From: Eubacteriales bacterium
GTDB taxonomy: Bacteria > Bacillota > Clostridia > Oscillospirales > CAG-272
Assembly (NCBI GenBank): GCA_045611965.1
Contig: JAZKYE010000005.1
Location: forward strand, 836-64,835
Length of the DNA: 64,000 bases
Direction of reading: 5' to 3'
Under the pieces are notes generated by a model. It worked only from the letters and a program-made list of their open reading frames with translations, ran no database searches and had not been told where the DNA came from. Shown one piece after another: positions 36,573 to 47,001 of this stretch; position 1 is the first letter of the stretch; each line of letters opens with the position of its first letter. The position numbers were made by a program, and so were the translations under genes.

Positions 36573-38438
36573 TTATTTCTTCGAGCGGCGGGTTTTCGCT
36601 TTACCATCATCGCCGTCCTTTTTATTTTTAAAGAAATTATATACTGCGTCAGCAGAGCTTTTATTCATTCCGTCAACCGCCGCAAGCTCGTCTGCCGTAA
36701 GGTCAGGAAGCTCTGATAGCTTGTATTTTGCAAGCAGAGCGCGAGCCCTCGCAGGGCCGATGCCCTCTATATCCTGAAGCATCGAGCGCGTGAGCGTTTT
36801 CGTCTTTGCGCGCTGAGATGCGTTGTAGGCAAATCTGTGCGCCTCTTCCTGAATTTTATAAACGAAGGAATACACACCGAGCTCTTGCGCTATGGAAATC
36901 TCGTTTTCACCGTCGGTCATAGCGCGCGTTTTGTGAAAGTCGTCCTTTACCATTCCAAATACGGGAATATCAAGTGCCGACTCGCGTATCAGAGGCCTAA
37001 CAGCGCCTACGTGCGTCATGCCACCGTCAAGCAGAATGAGGTCGGGCGCGCATTTGAGCGAGGGGTCGTCACCGCCTATTTTAGCGAGCCTTCTCGTTAT
37101 AGCCTCACGCATTGAGCCGTAGTCGTCGCGGCCGTCGGTGGTGCTTATTTTAAAGAGGCGGTAGTCGCTTTTCTTCATTTTGCCACCCTCGTAAACGACC
37201 ATTGAGGCGGTTATATGCTCGTCACCTATATTGGATATGTCATAGGCCTCGATGCGCTCGGGTGGGCTGTCGAGCGAGAGAAGCTCGGATAGCCTTATGA
37301 GATTTTTATTCTGTCTTTGTCCGTCAAGGGCGTGCTGGTGCGCGGCTTCCTTGGCGTTGTCACTCGCAAGCGAGCAGAGCGCGCGTCCGTCACCTCGCAT
37401 GGGCCGCCTGACGCTGACACGCCTTGTCGAAAGTGAGGTGAGGTATTCTGAAAGAAGCTGCTCGTCATCCTCGCTTATCTCAAAGTCAACGAGCACCTCT
37501 TTCGGTATATCCGAGCTGTTTTCGTAGTAGTCCGCGATAAGATATACGGCATCCTCGGGGCTCGTCAGGTCAGAGTGCGAGAGGATGAATTCGACCTTGG
37601 ATATGACCGCGCCCTCTCTTACAGAGAGCATAGCCATAACGCTTACCTGCTCGGAAAGGTATATTGAAAACGCGTCGCGCATAACCCTCTCGTCGCATAC
37701 GACGTGCTGGCGCTCACGAAGCCTTTTCAGCGCTGAAATTTTGTCACGAAGGTCAATGGCGCGCTCAAACTCAAGATTTTCTGACGCCTCGTTCATTTTC
37801 TCGGTGAGCTCTGCTACGGTTTTGTGAACGTTGCCCGAAAGCACGCGCTCTGCACACCTTACAAGCTCGCGGTAGCTCTCGGCGCTCACACCGCCTGCAC
37901 AGGGGGCAATGCACCTGCCCATATCACGGTAGATGCACGGGCGTTCCTTGCCGATATCGCTCGGAAATTTTCTCTTGCAGGTGGGTAGGGTGAAGATGCG
38001 CTTTATTACCTCAAGGGCGTTGTAAGCATCAGAGGTGCTCTGATACGGACCGAAGTAGCGCGCCCTGTCAGGCACTCTCTCGCGCGACACTAAAATCTGC
38101 GGATACTCGCCCTCGGTTATCTTGATATACGGATAGCTTTTTGAGTCCTTAAGCCTGATGTTGTACCTTGGAAGATGCTTTTTGATAAGCACGTTTTCAA
38201 GCGTCAGCGACTCTATCTCGCTTGCACAAAGAATAAAGTCAAAGTCGCTTATCTGACTTACAAGACGCGCCGTTTTAGGGTGCTTGTGGTTGGTAGAAAA
38301 GTAACTGCCGACGCGGTTTTTAAGGCGCTTTGACTTACCGACGTAAATCACCTCGCCCATATCGTTTTTCATTATATATACGCCAGGTGTCTCGGGCAGA
38401 GATGCCGCCTTGGCGCGAAGATAGGTTAATCTGTCCAT
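36573..38438 (-). CDS. uvrC: Excinuclease ABC subunit C
   Basis: PGVYIM, YVGKSKRL, FGPY, RIEAYDISN, PDLILLDGG, EEAHRFA; RBS GAAAGGA before ATG 38438. Confidence 0.96.
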   Translation of the reverse strand: MDRLTYLRAKAASLPETPGVYIMKNDMGEVIYVGKSKRLKNRVGSYFSTNHKHPKTARLVSQISDFDFILCASEIESLTLENVLIKKHLPRYNIRLKDSKSYPYIKITEGEYPQILVSRERVPDRARYFGPYQSTSDAYNALEVIKRIFTLPTCKRKFPSDIGKERPCIYRDMGRCIAPCAGGVSAESYRELVRCAERVLSGNVHKTVAELTEKMNEASENLEFERAIDLRDKISALKRLRERQHVVCDERVMRDAFSIYLSEQVSVMAMLSVREGAVISKVEFILSHSDLTSPEDAVYLIADYYENSSDIPKEVLVDFEISEDDEQLLSEYLTSLSTRRVSVRRPMRGDGRALCSLASDNAKEAAHQHALDGQRQNKNLIRLSELLSLDSPPERIEAYDISNIGDEHITASMVVYEGGKMKKSDYRLFKISTTDGRDDYGSMREAITRRLAKIGGDDPSLKCAPDLILLDGGMTHVGAVRPLIRESALDIPVFGMVKDDFHKTRAMTDGENEISIAQELGVYSFVYKIQEEAHRFAYNASQRAKTKTLTRSMLQDIEGIGPARARALLAKYKLSELPDLTADELAAVDGMNKSSADAVYNFFKNKKDGDDGKAKTRRSKK

Positions 38439-38553
38439 TAGCAGTCCTTTCACCCGAATAGCACGGGTGACCTTTCAGAAAATGAAAGAGAGCAAGAGCA
38501 AAGGAACACAAATCCTCTGTTCTTACTCTCTGCTCAAATCAGCGCGACTTGCC

Positions 38554-38802
38554 TTATGCCTCGATAAGAGCCGCAAGCTCGGCAACCGCATCGTCCTCGT
38601 CTGCACCGTCTGCAATAACGGTGATAGTAGTACCGTTGCTGATTCCGAGTGAAAGCACGCCAAGAAGGCTCTTTGCAGAAACTCTGCAATCATCCTTTTC
38701 AATCCAGATAGAGCATTCGAAGCTGTTTGCCTTTCTTATAAAAAGCGAAGCTGGACCTGCGTAGAGGCCGGCGCCCCTCATAGTAGCAGTGCGAGTTGTC
38801 AT
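38554..38802 (-). CDS. HPr-family protein lacking His15 (Crh-like)
   Basis: GLYAGPAS in place of GLHARPA; AKSLLGVLSLG with the Ser46 equivalent; RBS GAGGT and promoter TTGATT-17-TATACT upstream. Confidence 0.85.
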   Translation of the reverse strand: MTTRTATMRGAGLYAGPASLFIRKANSFECSIWIEKDDCRVSAKSLLGVLSLGISNGTTITVIADGADEDDAVAELAALIEA

Positions 38803-38939
38803 CGGTAAATACCTCGTTAAAAATAATATTATAGTTAGTATAACAAATAAAATTATAAAAATCAATACTCTTTTCAAAAAAAATTGACACCGCCTGCAAA
38901 TTGTTGCACTTCGGCAGGACCGCTTTGGGATTTTCTGCT

Positions 38940-40277
38940 TTAACGGCAGCTTTTGCTGTTCGTGTCGCGCCCATGCGCGTTAAGCATTCCCATAAGCAGA
39001 AAGAAAAGATAAAGGATTTCCGAAGAATAAAAAATATAGTCGGTAAAGCCGAATATAAGCATAGCGAGTACGGCGCACAGCACACCGAGTGAGGTAAAGC
39101 GCTCGGTGTCCGAGTCCCTTATCGCCCTTGACGATAAGACGAGTGACAGTATTACGAAAAGCATAAATGGAATAAACGCGAGAATACCGCCCTCGGTCAG
39201 AATTTCAAGATACAGACAGTGCCCGTGCGGCGGAATATAGGCAGAGGTAAATCTTTGCTTGTATTTTTCCATAAAATTCTGACTTCCCACACCTATGCCG
39301 AAAAGAGGACTGTCCTTCAGCATTGTGGCGCAGGCACGGAAAACGGTAACTCTTGATAACACCGAACCGTCCTTCAGGGTGAAAAGCGTCGCAAGCCGCG
39401 CCCCTGCCTTGCCGAAAAGCATAGCCCCCGTCGGTAGCAGGGCAAGAGGAAGAAGTCTTACGCGCTTGCCCCTTGGAATAGCAAGGAAAACAAGCACCGC
39501 AGCGCAGAGTGCAAACGCAATATAAGCCCCTCTCGTATAGGTGAGTATGAGGGCGGTGAGGTTTAAGGAAAAGCATATGAAAAGCATAGCGCGTGGGATA
39601 AAGCCCCTGCGCCTGATGAGAAGCGAGAGGGATAATGCGAGCGATGCGAGAAGGTAGGATGAATATATATTCGGGTTGCCAAAGCCTGCCGTAATTCTTC
39701 TTGAAAACTGTGAAATAACTCGGCTGTCAACCCACTCTGGATGGTGGGTAGGGAATATAAAATAAAGCGCGATGCTGACAGCGGCAACGACCGCTGAGGA
39801 TATCAGGAAAAGCTTGGCAGTCAAGCGCCGCCTGCTATGCTGAAAGAGCAGACGCGAGGCGGTGAGGGATACCGAGCCTATGCTGACGAATGAGAGCGAG
39901 GACAAAAACGATACAGCACCACCGAGCGCCCCTGACAAAAGAAGAGAAAGAAAAAACAGGACGAGTAAAATGTCGCGCCGCGAGAGCTTTATCCTGACAC
40001 GCCCCCCTGCATTTGCTACTAAAAGCAGGATAAAATCAAGCGTGCACAGAGCCGAGAGCGCCACCGTCTTGTGAGGCAAAAGCGCTATCAGCGGTAGGGC
40101 GGTGGCGGTGATATAAAGTAAAATCAGGCAGAGCCATTCTGCTACTCTTGCATAATGGGGAAGCTCTTTGGAATATTTTTCCTGCGCCAAAGAAAAACGG
40201 GCTACCCCGTCAGAATGAAGCCCTGCCTCACTCGGATGGTTGTAGCCCTTGTTTTTCTTTTCCTTAAAAATTTTCAC
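38940..40277 (-). CDS. O-antigen ligase/Wzy_C-family membrane protein
   Basis: FGNPNIY, LTYTRGAY, SR..., PLFGIGVG, HGHCLYLEILTEGG. Confidence 0.85.
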   Translation of the reverse strand: MKIFKEKKNKGYNHPSEAGLHSDGVARFSLAQEKYSKELPHYARVAEWLCLILLYITATALPLIALLPHKTVALSALCTLDFILLLVANAGGRVRIKLSRRDILLVLFFLSLLLSGALGGAVSFLSSLSFVSIGSVSLTASRLLFQHSRRRLTAKLFLISSAVVAAVSIALYFIFPTHHPEWVDSRVISQFSRRITAGFGNPNIYSSYLLASLALSLSLLIRRRGFIPRAMLFICFSLNLTALILTYTRGAYIAFALCAAVLVFLAIPRGKRVRLLPLALLPTGAMLFGKAGARLATLFTLKDGSVLSRVTVFRACATMLKDSPLFGIGVGSQNFMEKYKQRFTSAYIPPHGHCLYLEILTEGGILAFIPFMLFVILSLVLSSRAIRDSDTERFTSLGVLCAVLAMLIFGFTDYIFYSSEILYLFFLLMGMLNAHGRDTNSKSCR

Positions 40278-40294
40278 TGTGATACCGCTTGATT

Positions 40295-41029
40295 TTATTT
40301 TTTCTTTTTCTTCTTTTCTAAAAGCGCCTCTTCGTATTCGGGATGCTTTGCCAAGAGGTCAGGACGGCGCGCACGGGTAAGCTCAACGGCCTCTCTCAGA
40401 CGCCACTGATTTATTTTCTTGTGGTCACCCGAGAAAAGCACCTCGGGAACATTCATTCCGCGAAACTCGCGTGGCTTCGTATATTGCGGATATTCGAGTA
40501 TTCCCGAGGCGATGCTCTCGTCCTGATAGCACTCGGGGGATGCAAGCACGCCGTCAATCAGGCGCGATACCGCGTCGATAACTATGCACGCAGGCAATTC
40601 GCCGCCCGTCAGCACGTAATCACCGATGGATATTTCCTCGTCGATAGCCGCGTCAATTATTCTCTGGTCAACCCCCTCGTAGTGACCGCAGAGGAAGATA
40701 AGCTCGTCATACTCGGAAAGCTCGCGCACGACCTCGTGCGTCAGAGTGCGCCCCTTGGGTGACATATATATCGTGCGGGTGCGCTTGCCCTCGGGGATGC
40801 CGCTCTTTACGAAATCATAGCAGTCAAGAACCGGCTGGCAGGTCATAACCATTCCGACACCGCCGCCGAAGGGGGTATCGTCGGTCTTGCGGTGCTTGTC
40901 GGTTGAGAAATCGCGGATGTTGTAGGTGCGAAGCGATATTATTCCGGCAGACAGCGCGCGGCCGATGATGCTCTCACCGAGCGTTCTCTCAATAAGCTCG
41001 GGAAACAAAGTCATAACGTGATAATTCAT
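40295..41029 (-). CDS. trmD: tRNA m1G37 methyltransferase
   Basis: DDTPFGGGVGM, CGHYEGVDQR, SIGDYVLTGGE, EYPQYTKP. Confidence 0.97.
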   Translation of the reverse strand: MNYHVMTLFPELIERTLGESIIGRALSAGIISLRTYNIRDFSTDKHRKTDDTPFGGGVGMVMTCQPVLDCYDFVKSGIPEGKRTRTIYMSPKGRTLTHEVVRELSEYDELIFLCGHYEGVDQRIIDAAIDEEISIGDYVLTGGELPACIVIDAVSRLIDGVLASPECYQDESIASGILEYPQYTKPREFRGMNVPEVLFSGDHKKINQWRLREAVELTRARRPDLLAKHPEYEEALLEKKKKKK

Positions 41030-41034
41030 AGCCG

Positions 41035-41541
41035 TCAGTCAATAAGACCGGGAATAGTGTGAATAAACACGCCGCGGTCCTCGTCTATCTCCTTAATGAA
41101 TTCGTCAACCTCGGGCACGAGAGATATGCCGTGACCCGTGTCGATGTGATACAGCCTTCCGCGAGGCGCGTCGGTGATGTCCGCAACCCTGCCAAGACGC
41201 TCGCCCGTATCCGCATCGAAGCAGTCAAGCCCGATTATATCCGAAAGAAAGTGCGCCCCGGGACTTTTCGGCACGTCCTCGCGCTTGAGATACAGCACGG
41301 TATTTTTCATGCCCTGCGCCGTTTCTCTGTCCGTGATACCTTCAAGTGACATAAGAATATACTGCGCCTGCCTTACGCACGACTCAACTCTCACTTCCCG
41401 ATAGCCGTCTCCAGCGGCGAGGAATACGCGCTTCTGCACAATGAGAACACGGGGTGAGTCGCACCACGGCTCGACCTTTATAAGTCCTCTGACACCGTGA
41501 GGCGCGAGGATTTTTCCACATTCAAGATAAGCTTTTTTCAT
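41035..41541 (-). CDS. rimM: Ribosome maturation factor RimM
   Basis: GKILAPHGVRG, EGITDRE, DIIGL; immediately upstream of trmD. Confidence 0.92.
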   Translation of the reverse strand: MKKAYLECGKILAPHGVRGLIKVEPWCDSPRVLIVQKRVFLAAGDGYREVRVESCVRQAQYILMSLEGITDRETAQGMKNTVLYLKREDVPKSPGAHFLSDIIGLDCFDADTGERLGRVADITDAPRGRLYHIDTGHGISLVPEVDEFIKEIDEDRGVFIHTIPGLID

Positions 41542-41550
41542 AACGGCTTT

Positions 41551-41579
41551 ATTTTAACATAAAACTTCTTAAATGTCAA
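41551..41579 (-). promoter_or_regulatory. sigmaA promoter 9 nt upstream of the rimM start codon
   Basis: TTGACA (41579-41574), 17 bp, TAAAAT (41556-41551). Confidence 0.65.
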
Positions 41580-42665
41580 CTAAATAAGCGCCCGATAAAG
41601 CTCAAGATACGACTTGCTCATCCGAGGTAGTGAAAACGAGCGCTCGAAAGCCTCACGCGCGCCGCGACAGAGCCTTTGATACAGCGCGCGGTCGGATATC
41701 AGCATATCAAGCGAGAGGGCGAGGGATAGCTCGTCGTCACTCTGAAAAACAAGACCGCTGACACCGTCCTCTATCATTTCGGTGTTTCCACCGAAGTCGG
41801 ACACCACCGACGCAATACCGAGCGACATACACTCGCTCGTCGCAAGGCACGAGGTTTCTGTGCCCCTTGATGCGTTTACATTTATGTCAAATATGCTCTG
41901 ATAGGGGTTAGGGTCGCTGACAAAGCCCGTAAATATTACTCTGTCAAGTAGACCGAGAGATGCACACAGCGCCCTGATTTTCGCAGCCTCACCGCCGTCC
42001 CCGACGAAAAGAAGCCTGATGTCGTGCATAGGTACAAGCCGCCTTGCCGCTCGGATAATAAGGTCGTGCCCCTTTATATATTCAAGCCTTGCACAAGAGC
42101 CTATCACCACCGCCCCGTCGGGTATTGAGAGTGAGTGGCGAAGCCTTCGTCGATTTTCGGGCGAGAGCCTTTCGCGGCTGGGGCTTGCGTTTTTTATCGT
42201 GACGATTTTCCCCTCGGGCACGCCCTCTCTTTTCAGGTTTTCCTTGGCAAAATCTGCCGTTGCTACCGTAAGGTCGGTAAAGCGGTTGTATAGCGCCCTC
42301 GCGAGAGGGCTTCGCCCGGCTTCTGCCTTGGCACAGTGCCGCGTTGATAAAAGACGCCTGATACCGAGAAGCCTGCCTGCAATTCTTGATGAAAGACTCG
42401 CGTGCGAGTGAAGTATGTCAGGGCGGTTTCTTGAAAGATACAGATAAAGCTCGCATATATCGCTCGGGCTGAAGCTTTTGTCGGGCGAAATCGGAAGCTC
42501 TGTGATGCGTGCGCCAAGCGAGCGAAGTCGGTCGGTGAGCCGTGAGCCCGTCGGCAGAATGACCTCGACCTCAAAGCTGTCCGATATAGCCCCGACTATC
42601 CTTGAAAGCAGTACGCCTGCCCCACCTATATTTGAGTCTGAAATTACTTGCGTTATTTTAGCCAC
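41580..42665 (-). CDS. Glycosyltransferase family 4
   Basis: NIGGAG, ARLEYIKGH, VGDG, ETSCLATSECMSLG, GGNTE. Confidence 0.9.
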   Translation of the reverse strand: MAKITQVISDSNIGGAGVLLSRIVGAISDSFEVEVILPTGSRLTDRLRSLGARITELPISPDKSFSPSDICELYLYLSRNRPDILHSHASLSSRIAGRLLGIRRLLSTRHCAKAEAGRSPLARALYNRFTDLTVATADFAKENLKREGVPEGKIVTIKNASPSRERLSPENRRRLRHSLSIPDGAVVIGSCARLEYIKGHDLIIRAARRLVPMHDIRLLFVGDGGEAAKIRALCASLGLLDRVIFTGFVSDPNPYQSIFDINVNASRGTETSCLATSECMSLGIASVVSDFGGNTEMIEDGVSGLVFQSDDELSLALSLDMLISDRALYQRLCRGAREAFERSFSLPRMSKSYLELYRALI

Positions 42666-42799
42666 CGTGTTTAAAATCCTTTTAGCTTCTAATTATGCAA
42701 ATAATGCTTTGCATATAAGAGATGTTTGATTTTATTATAAACAAAAACAGCCCGAAGCATACAAGCCACGGGCTGCTTTCCGTTTTGTATATTTCTGTC

Positions 42800-43285
42800 T
42801 TAATGCTTTTTTCTCTTTTTTCTGAAATAATCCGATAAAAGTCCTGCCGCCTCGTCATTAAGCACCCCACCGACAAGCTCAAACGTATGGTTGAAGCCGA
42901 GGCTGTTCAGGTTTATAAGCGAGCCGAGCGCGCCAAAGCGCTTGTCGTACGCGCCAAAGACCACGCGGTCAATCCTCGCGTTTATGATAGCACCTGCACA
43001 CATAGGGCAGGGCTCAAGGGTCACGTAGAGCGTCGCGTCGGGAATGCGCCAGCCGCCTACCGCCTCGCAGGCGCGCTCAATGGCAACAAGCTCTGCGTGG
43101 TGGGTTGCTATGCGTGAGGACTCTCTTGCGTTTCTTGCGCGTGCGATTATCTCGCCGCCACGCACGATTACCGCACCGATAGGCACCTCGTCAGCCTCTG
43201 CCGCAAGCCTTGCCTCTTCAAGCGCTACGCGCATAAATTTTTCATCATGGGTAAGCATTTCGTTCTTTTCCTTGGCATCCGTCAT
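42800..43285 (-). CDS. tadA: tRNA adenosine(34) deaminase
   Basis: EVPIGAVIV, HAE, TLEPCPMC. Confidence 0.93.
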   Translation of the reverse strand: MTDAKEKNEMLTHDEKFMRVALEEARLAAEADEVPIGAVIVRGGEIIARARNARESSRIATHHAELVAIERACEAVGGWRIPDATLYVTLEPCPMCAGAIINARIDRVVFGAYDKRFGALGSLINLNSLGFNHTFELVGGVLNDEAAGLLSDYFRKKRKKH

Positions 43286-43320
43286 AATTTACTACTTCCT
43301 TCCGATTTGCACGGCATTGA

Positions 43321-44121
43321 TTAGCGCACCAAAATAAGAGTGCTTATAGCAATAGTGAGTGATACTACACCAAGTGCGATAGGGGCAAGTCCCACGCGCT
43401 CATCGTTGCCCTTGACAAGGGCAGGGGATATCCAATTGATATAGTCCTTCCTTTTAATCACCGCGAGTACAGCGCCTGCGAGCGCAAGCCCACCGAGCGT
43501 TATGAATACGAAAATTCCGCTTTCGGGGTAGAGCATAGTCGTAAGCGAGAGCGCGTTGTTTAAAAAGTGAAGAATAACCGACGGAAGAATGCTTCCCGAC
43601 GCAATATCAAGTGAAGCAAATATTATACCGCCGACGAGCGCATAGGGAATTTGAAAAAGGTCTGTGTGACAAAGCGCGAAGAAGAGCGAGGATATAATCA
43701 CGCATACACGCGGACTTTCGTTTCCCATAAGCTTTATCGGCACGAAGCGGAATAAGCACTCTTCAAGAAGCGCGGGAAGAAGTGCGTGAAGCAGAAGCGC
43801 TAACGCAAACGGCTCATCAATAGAAGAGGTATTCTCAAAGCCAAACGCCCCCATCATAAGCGAGGTAAGATAGGCGAAAAGCACGATAATTCCAATGCAA
43901 AGCGGCGCTATGGGCAAAAGGCGCATAGCATCGGTGCGCGATAGCCCGACTGACAGACCGTCACCCTTATTTTTGCCTAACATAAGGCAGAGAACTATCG
44001 GCGCGATAAAGGCAAGATAATATAGCAAATCCGAGGTAAGGTCGCGTGTGCTTCCTGCGAGCGCAAGCAATAAAATAAAGAGCATATCGCATAGCGCAAG
44101 TAAAGTTACTTTCGTTTTCAT
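43321..44121 (-). CDS. CPBP/CAAX-family intramembrane metalloprotease
   Basis: EECLFR, FFALCH, HFLNN; start uncertain (44121 or 44184). Confidence 0.85.
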   Translation of the reverse strand: MKTKVTLLALCDMLFILLLALAGSTRDLTSDLLYYLAFIAPIVLCLMLGKNKGDGLSVGLSRTDAMRLLPIAPLCIGIIVLFAYLTSLMMGAFGFENTSSIDEPFALALLLHALLPALLEECLFRFVPIKLMGNESPRVCVIISSLFFALCHTDLFQIPYALVGGIIFASLDIASGSILPSVILHFLNNALSLTTMLYPESGIFVFITLGGLALAGAVLAVIKRKDYINWISPALVKGNDERVGLAPIALGVVSLTIAISTLILVR

Positions 44122-44198
44122 ATTCTCAAAAGCTTTCTTGTAGTTTAAAGGTGTAAAATTAAACCGCTTTGCGGTATATGACAATAATAGTGTGCAAA

Positions 44199-46292
44199 TT
44201 AAGCATTAACAACCGAATAGCGAAGCCTTACCTGCGCTATGCTCGCTTCTTCAAGACGAACCCTGACGGATGTGCCTATCGTATAGCAAAGCTCGCCGTG
44301 GCTGACGCTCATCGTGCTCTCGTTATACACAAATCCGACACCGAGCTCGCTCATCGGCACAAGTCCCTCGCAGGTGTTTTCGGGCGTGACGAAGATGCCG
44401 TGCTCGCTGACACCCGTCACACGCGCGTCAAATTCCTCACCGATATGGCGCGTCATATACATAACCTTGTAGAGCGCCTCGATTTTTCGCTCTGCGCTCT
44501 GCGCGCGAAGCTCGCCCTCGGTTGCCGCCGCCGCGGCGCGCCTCGCATACGAGCGAAGCCTTCCCCCTGCAACATCCTCAAAGAGCGTTTTGTGTATAAT
44601 GCGGTGCGTCGCAAGGTCAGAGAGCCTTCTTATAGGCGAGGTGAAATGGCAGTAGGTCGAAATATTAAGACCGAAGTGGCGCGATTTTATATCAGAGTAT
44701 TTTGCCTTTGACATAGAGCGAAGCATAACGTAGGATACAGCGTCCGAAATTCCAGCCTCTTTTGCCGCGTCAAGCACCCCTGCCATCACCGACGGCTCAA
44801 CCGTCTGTGCGCGAAGGGCAGAAGAATCAATGCCCACACCTCGCAGGTAGTCGGCAAGCGCAGTAAGCTTCTCGGGCTTCGGTACGTCGTGCACGCGGTA
44901 AACTACGGGAAGTCCCCTCTCGGTAAGATAGGTGGCTACCGCCTCGTTTGCCGCGAGCATAAATTGCTCTATCAGCATCTCGGCATCCCCTCTGTCATAC
45001 CTTAAAATATCGGTGGGCTGACCGCTCTCGTCAAGCGGAATATACACCTCTGCGCTATCAAGCTCAAGCGCGCCTCGCTCGACGCTTTTCCTCTTCAGCT
45101 TTAAATATAGCTCGTGCATAATGCGAAGCGAGGGAATTAGCTCGCGATACTCGTCAAGAATATCCCCGTCTGCCGTGCCGTCGAATATTTTGTTGATTTT
45201 ACTGTAAACGCCCTTCTTTTTGCTTCTTATAATTCCCTTTCTGATGGTACAGCCCCTGATATTAGCATCCGTATCGAGCGAAATCTCGCACGAGAGCGTG
45301 TACTTGTCGGCCCCGGGATGAAGCGAGCAGGCATTTTCCGAGAGCGCAGGCGGAAGCATAGGCACAACCTTGTCTGTAAAATAAACGCTTGTGCCGCGCG
45401 CCATAGCAAGACGGTCAAGCGCGGTTTTTTCCTTTACATAGTGTGACACGTCGGCTATATGCACAAACAGCGTGTAGCCGTCAGGCTCGCGCCTTATCGC
45501 AATAGCATCGTCAAGGTCCTTCGCCCACTCTGAGTCAATGGTGAATATCACACCGTCGTATCGGGTTCTGCCCGCGTCGGATATGACCTCGGATGCCGCC
45601 CGCTCTGCCGCGTCAAGCTCGTCGCTTGTAAATTCGGTTTCAATGCCGCACTCGGCGAGAATTGCGCCGTAGCTTGCCTCGGGCTCACCTGCCTTGCCGA
45701 ATATATCAATAACCTCACCGACAAGCACCGCGCCGTGACTTTTTGGGCGACGAAGCGCCGCAAGCACCTTGTCACCGCTCTCGGCCTCACCGAGAAGAAT
45801 TATCTCGCGTCTTATATGGGCATCGTCGGGTATTAGCGTAAGGGTGCGTACGCGCCGCCTGTGAAGGTATCTTATATCCTCGCTGACCGTGCCGACTATC
45901 CGTCCCTCGCGCTCTTTGATTATGTCATTCACGCGTCCCTCGGTGCGAGTGCGTCCGTAGCTGTCCTTGTACTCAAAAAAGCTTACCTCTACCGTGTCGC
46001 CGCCGATGGCATCCTGCTTTTTGCCCTGCGGAATAAAAATATCACCGCCCGAGTAATCCTCTGTACGCACGAAGCCGTAGCCCGACTGGCTCTCGAAAAA
46101 CACACCGACCGCGGTATTATTTCCGTCGCGCGAGTCGTACTGCGAGCCGATGCGGATTTTTGCGCCTGATGTGCCGACACCCACGCTTTCTGCAAGCCGA
46201 ATAAGCTCGCGCTTCATCATCTGTCGCTTGTCGCGCCTCGAAACCGAGCTTCTTGCAGAGAAGGTTTTTTTAGTATTTTTGTTTCTCTTCAT
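44199..46292 (-). CDS. rnr: Ribonuclease R
   Basis: FTID...AKDLDDA, HIADVS, IEQFMLAAN, HFTSPIRR, C-terminal S1; follows secG. Confidence 0.93.
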   Translation of the reverse strand: MKRNKNTKKTFSARSSVSRRDKRQMMKRELIRLAESVGVGTSGAKIRIGSQYDSRDGNNTAVGVFFESQSGYGFVRTEDYSGGDIFIPQGKKQDAIGGDTVEVSFFEYKDSYGRTRTEGRVNDIIKEREGRIVGTVSEDIRYLHRRRVRTLTLIPDDAHIRREIILLGEAESGDKVLAALRRPKSHGAVLVGEVIDIFGKAGEPEASYGAILAECGIETEFTSDELDAAERAASEVISDAGRTRYDGVIFTIDSEWAKDLDDAIAIRREPDGYTLFVHIADVSHYVKEKTALDRLAMARGTSVYFTDKVVPMLPPALSENACSLHPGADKYTLSCEISLDTDANIRGCTIRKGIIRSKKKGVYSKINKIFDGTADGDILDEYRELIPSLRIMHELYLKLKRKSVERGALELDSAEVYIPLDESGQPTDILRYDRGDAEMLIEQFMLAANEAVATYLTERGLPVVYRVHDVPKPEKLTALADYLRGVGIDSSALRAQTVEPSVMAGVLDAAKEAGISDAVSYVMLRSMSKAKYSDIKSRHFGLNISTYCHFTSPIRRLSDLATHRIIHKTLFEDVAGGRLRSYARRAAAAATEGELRAQSAERKIEALYKVMYMTRHIGEEFDARVTGVSEHGIFVTPENTCEGLVPMSELGVGFVYNESTMSVSHGELCYTIGTSVRVRLEEASIAQVRLRYSVVNA

Positions 46293-46362
46293 ATTTTTCC
46301 TTTTCTTTTTATCTTCGGGGACAAGACATCACTTTATACAAGCGCCTGCCTTGCAAAATAAT

Positions 46363-46390
46363 AAAAGCGGAGAACGACATCTCCGCTTTT
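46363..46390 (-). terminator. Terminator after secG
   Basis: AAAAGCGGAGA ... TCTCCGCTTTT. Confidence 0.7.
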
Positions 46391-46396
46391 CGTATC

Positions 46397-46687
46397 TTAC
46401 TTAAAGATTTCAGCGTAATCCGAAATGGTATTCCAATCGTTAGTGATGTTGGAATAGTCGGGCTGAAGAACGTAAACCAGCGTAACTGCAACTGCAAATA
46501 CAAGGCACGCGATGAGCGTGATTCTGTAGAGCAGCTTGCCGTTGCCGGCCTTCTTATCCTTACCGTAAAAGTTGTCAGAGCCGCCTGCAATAGAGCCTGA
46601 AAGACCCTCGTTAGATTTTTGGAAGGTAACTGCAACTACTATAACAATAGCACAAACGAGCAGTACCGCAAGAAGTACGTATTCCAT
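46397..46687 (-). CDS. secG: Preprotein translocase subunit SecG
   Basis: Two TM helices around Q...GLSGSIAGG; upstream of rnr. Confidence 0.9.
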   Translation of the reverse strand: MEYVLLAVLLVCAIVIVVAVTFQKSNEGLSGSIAGGSDNFYGKDKKAGNGKLLYRITLIACLVFAVAVTLVYVLQPDYSNITNDWNTISDYAEIFK

Positions 46688-47001
46688 TAATTTTCTCCCT
46701 GAATGTTTTTCTTATGGTGAGCAGCATCCGAAATCGGTGCATAAACCGCCCATTTTTCAAAATATATTAGTATTTTATCATATCGTTTTAAAAAATGCAA
46801 TACCTTTTTATAAAAAAACTAAATATTCTATCTTTACCGAGTGCGTATCCGCACGAGGCGGCTTTGGCGGTGGTTATTTTTACAAAAATGTTTGGTTAAA
46901 TAATTTTTTTTGTTTAATTGCAATTGACATACGACAGGTTAAAGTATATAATAAAACCTATAGGTATTGCCTTACGACACTTACGCAGTATGGGGGATTT
47001 T

